A program made the translations under genes and the position numbers. The notes under the pieces were generated by a model. It searched no databases and had not been told where the DNA came from. It saw only the letters and a program-made list of their open reading frames with translations. DNA of 64,000 nucleotides from Utricularia gibba (taxonomy: Eukaryota > Plantae > Magnoliophyta), in contig NEEC01000021.1 of NCBI GenBank assembly GCA_002189035.1, forward strand, positions 1,302,001-1,366,000. The letters run 5' to 3'. The first letter of the stretch is position 1. The number at the start of each line of letters is the position of its first letter. This document shows positions 62,084 through 64,000 of the stretch, piece by piece.

Positions 62084-63943
62084 TTAAATACCAACTTCAG
62101 GATTTGCAGCTTGAAATGATGCTGAGGAATGAGACATCAGTATTGTTTTTAAAAGCAGTCATTGGGCAAGTATCAATGAAAAGAAATGGGATTCGAACCT
62201 TTCCAAGCATCAAAGTTTTTCTGGTTGACAGGGGAACCAGTTGAATTTTGAATTGCTTCAAAGAGCTTTTCTGCTGGAGTGTTCTTCAGTTCTTGAACAA
62301 CAGCGTAGATGGTCTTTCCGTTTTCAAAGTAAATATGGTTGTTTGGATGTTTGGTTTTGCAACCAGCATGACACTCAAACTCGTAGGCATTCACAACCTG
62401 GAAAAACAGGGGTCAGTGTGAAAAGAAAAGAAAAAGCAGCACAAGAATACAAGATCACGGAAGCTCACACGGGATACTGAGCATTTGACCTTGGAAATCT
62501 TGCATTCCTCGCAGCTACAAAGATAACCAGTCCCTTTAATGACTCCACGCAGATTTTTCTGCAACGGTTAACCGAATGTCTTAACCTTCAGGGAGAATAA
62601 AGAAGGGAAATATAAAGGGTGTGGCTTTACTTTACCTCCCTCGACCAAGAAACGTATTTTACAGGAACACCATCCAGGATGCCAGTGGATAATAAGCTCT
62701 TTACGTTTGTAGGAAAGGCACTGGATGACCCTTTTTTGGATCTCACATCCTTATTCATTTGAGCCCCATCGGTTGCTGTCGTTGCTGCAGTCACTGCTAG
62801 CTGCTCTAAAGAATCTTTCCATCTCAATAAGCATCCAGATGGATGAATAGATGGTACCCCATCAGTTCTCAAGAATCTGTCTGAGTATTTTGCCTCGTCA
62901 ATTTTACAAGGGAAACCTCCATAGGATGTTTCCTGAGGCTTATCAAAAGTTTCCAAACTTGATGCATTTGTATCCTGCTTGTAAAGACCACCTACTGAAG
63001 CAATGATTGCATTATTCGGATTCCGAAGAGTACCATCAATGGCATTTCCCTTGGTATAATTCAAAAGACTGGACATGAAAGTTTCGTTTATTTTGCTGAA
63101 GACAGGATCCACACAGAAAAAATTCTCAGAAGCAGTTACCCGTGACATGTAATCCTTGTCATATTGCTCAACTAAGGAATTTGAATTGCCAGATCCGCTA
63201 TTCGAGGTTTGCACAATGGACAGGGCATCCTTGTCTACATCACTATAATATTGATTTGCAAACATGAAGTTTTCATATCTGTTGCCTGAACAGTGCTCAA
63301 ACGGGATAAAACTTTTATCATCTACCTTGCCGAATGTAGGATCCACAAAATCAGCACTATGAGCAGAGTTGTAAATAGATCTTCCATGCAAGTTATTAGT
63401 GCCACATTGTAAAGCAGAACCGATTAATTCTTCTCCAAGGTATAAAGAACTCCTGGGAAAATGAGGCAAGCAGTTTTCAGAGATACTCAACTCATCAGGC
63501 TGCACTTTCCCAAGACCAGCATTAAGAAATGAAGGATCTTTCTCCTCGGGCAACTGCATTGGAAAATCATCTGGCAAAATACTGCTGAACTGGTTCTGTA
63601 GACACTTATTTTTCATATCTACAGTTGCAGACCGAATGGATGCTTCACCCTTGTCAAGAACATCAAAATGGTGGTTGAGACCACGGACATTTCTTTCACT
63701 GGCATAATGAGAACTGAAAGCATCAGGCCATAAGGGAGTAGTTATCATTACAGGGCCAGCAGCACCATTCACAATATCAACTGCTTGCTTCTTGTTAAAC
63801 AGTAAATTTTGCTCGGTGGTATCCATCAGCCACTGATGCCCACGTTTCAGTTCAGTTCTTGCTAAAGCATCGAGGCTAAACTCTTCATTGGCCAAAGAAC
63901 CAGATCCATCAGGAAACCACATGTTCTTTGGAAAAGACTGCAT
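62084..63943 (-). CDS. Tify-domain-binding-domain (TDBD) protein (At5g59830/At5g13660-like)
   Basis: Long first exon MQSF...ELKRGHQWLMD...FNKKQAV...FPTNVKSLLSTGILDGVPVKY, then MNAYEFECHAGCKTKHPNNHIYFENGKTIYAVVQEL. The 3' end is inferred. Confidence 0.8.
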
Positions 63944-64000
63944 GAAGCAAATACTTCACAAAATGGTAGCTATAAAAGATCACAGCATGTACATAAGCAT

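Noticed and set aside
62185-62200. B-box-like GGTTCGAATCC on the minus strand
   Set aside because: It coincides with an exon/intron donor of the TDBD gene, with no A-box or cloverleaf.

Overview
Gene-dense eudicot nuclear euchromatin with short introns and about 22 loci. The compactness would fit a small-genome lineage such as Lentibulariaceae, but that is an unverified guess. Genes in order: ATG18g/h-like (partial), MLP/Bet v1, a DUF761-like ORF, two tandem MATH-BTB genes (one a true pseudogene), PALE CRESS, OSCA1/CSC1, a third inverted MATH-BTB, a DVL/RTFL micropeptide absent from the ORF track, a PORR protein, IPT, p31comet, AAE17/18, XTH, GAUT8/QUA1, an uncharacterised Cys-rich protein, RPL32, CNX5/MOCS3, a clade-III-type MLO, an internally deleted CYP450 remnant, C1-FDX-like ferredoxin, a CRM protein, BSK and a TDBD protein. 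Many otherwise intact conserved genes carry -1 frameshifts in homopolymer runs, most likely long-read assembly errors. The most unusual element is at 36222-39713: two diverged 550-630 bp direct repeats (TG..CA ends, exon/intron-like interior) flank a 2.3 kb GC-rich satellite. Its 152 bp monomer is built from seven ~22 bp subunits, each starting with a GGG-NN-GGG-type doublet, and a higher-order repeat is emerging at one end. Also notable are a 1.18 kb near-complete foldback MULE-like element and a cryptic ancestral N-terminal frame upstream of the MATH-BTB pair.
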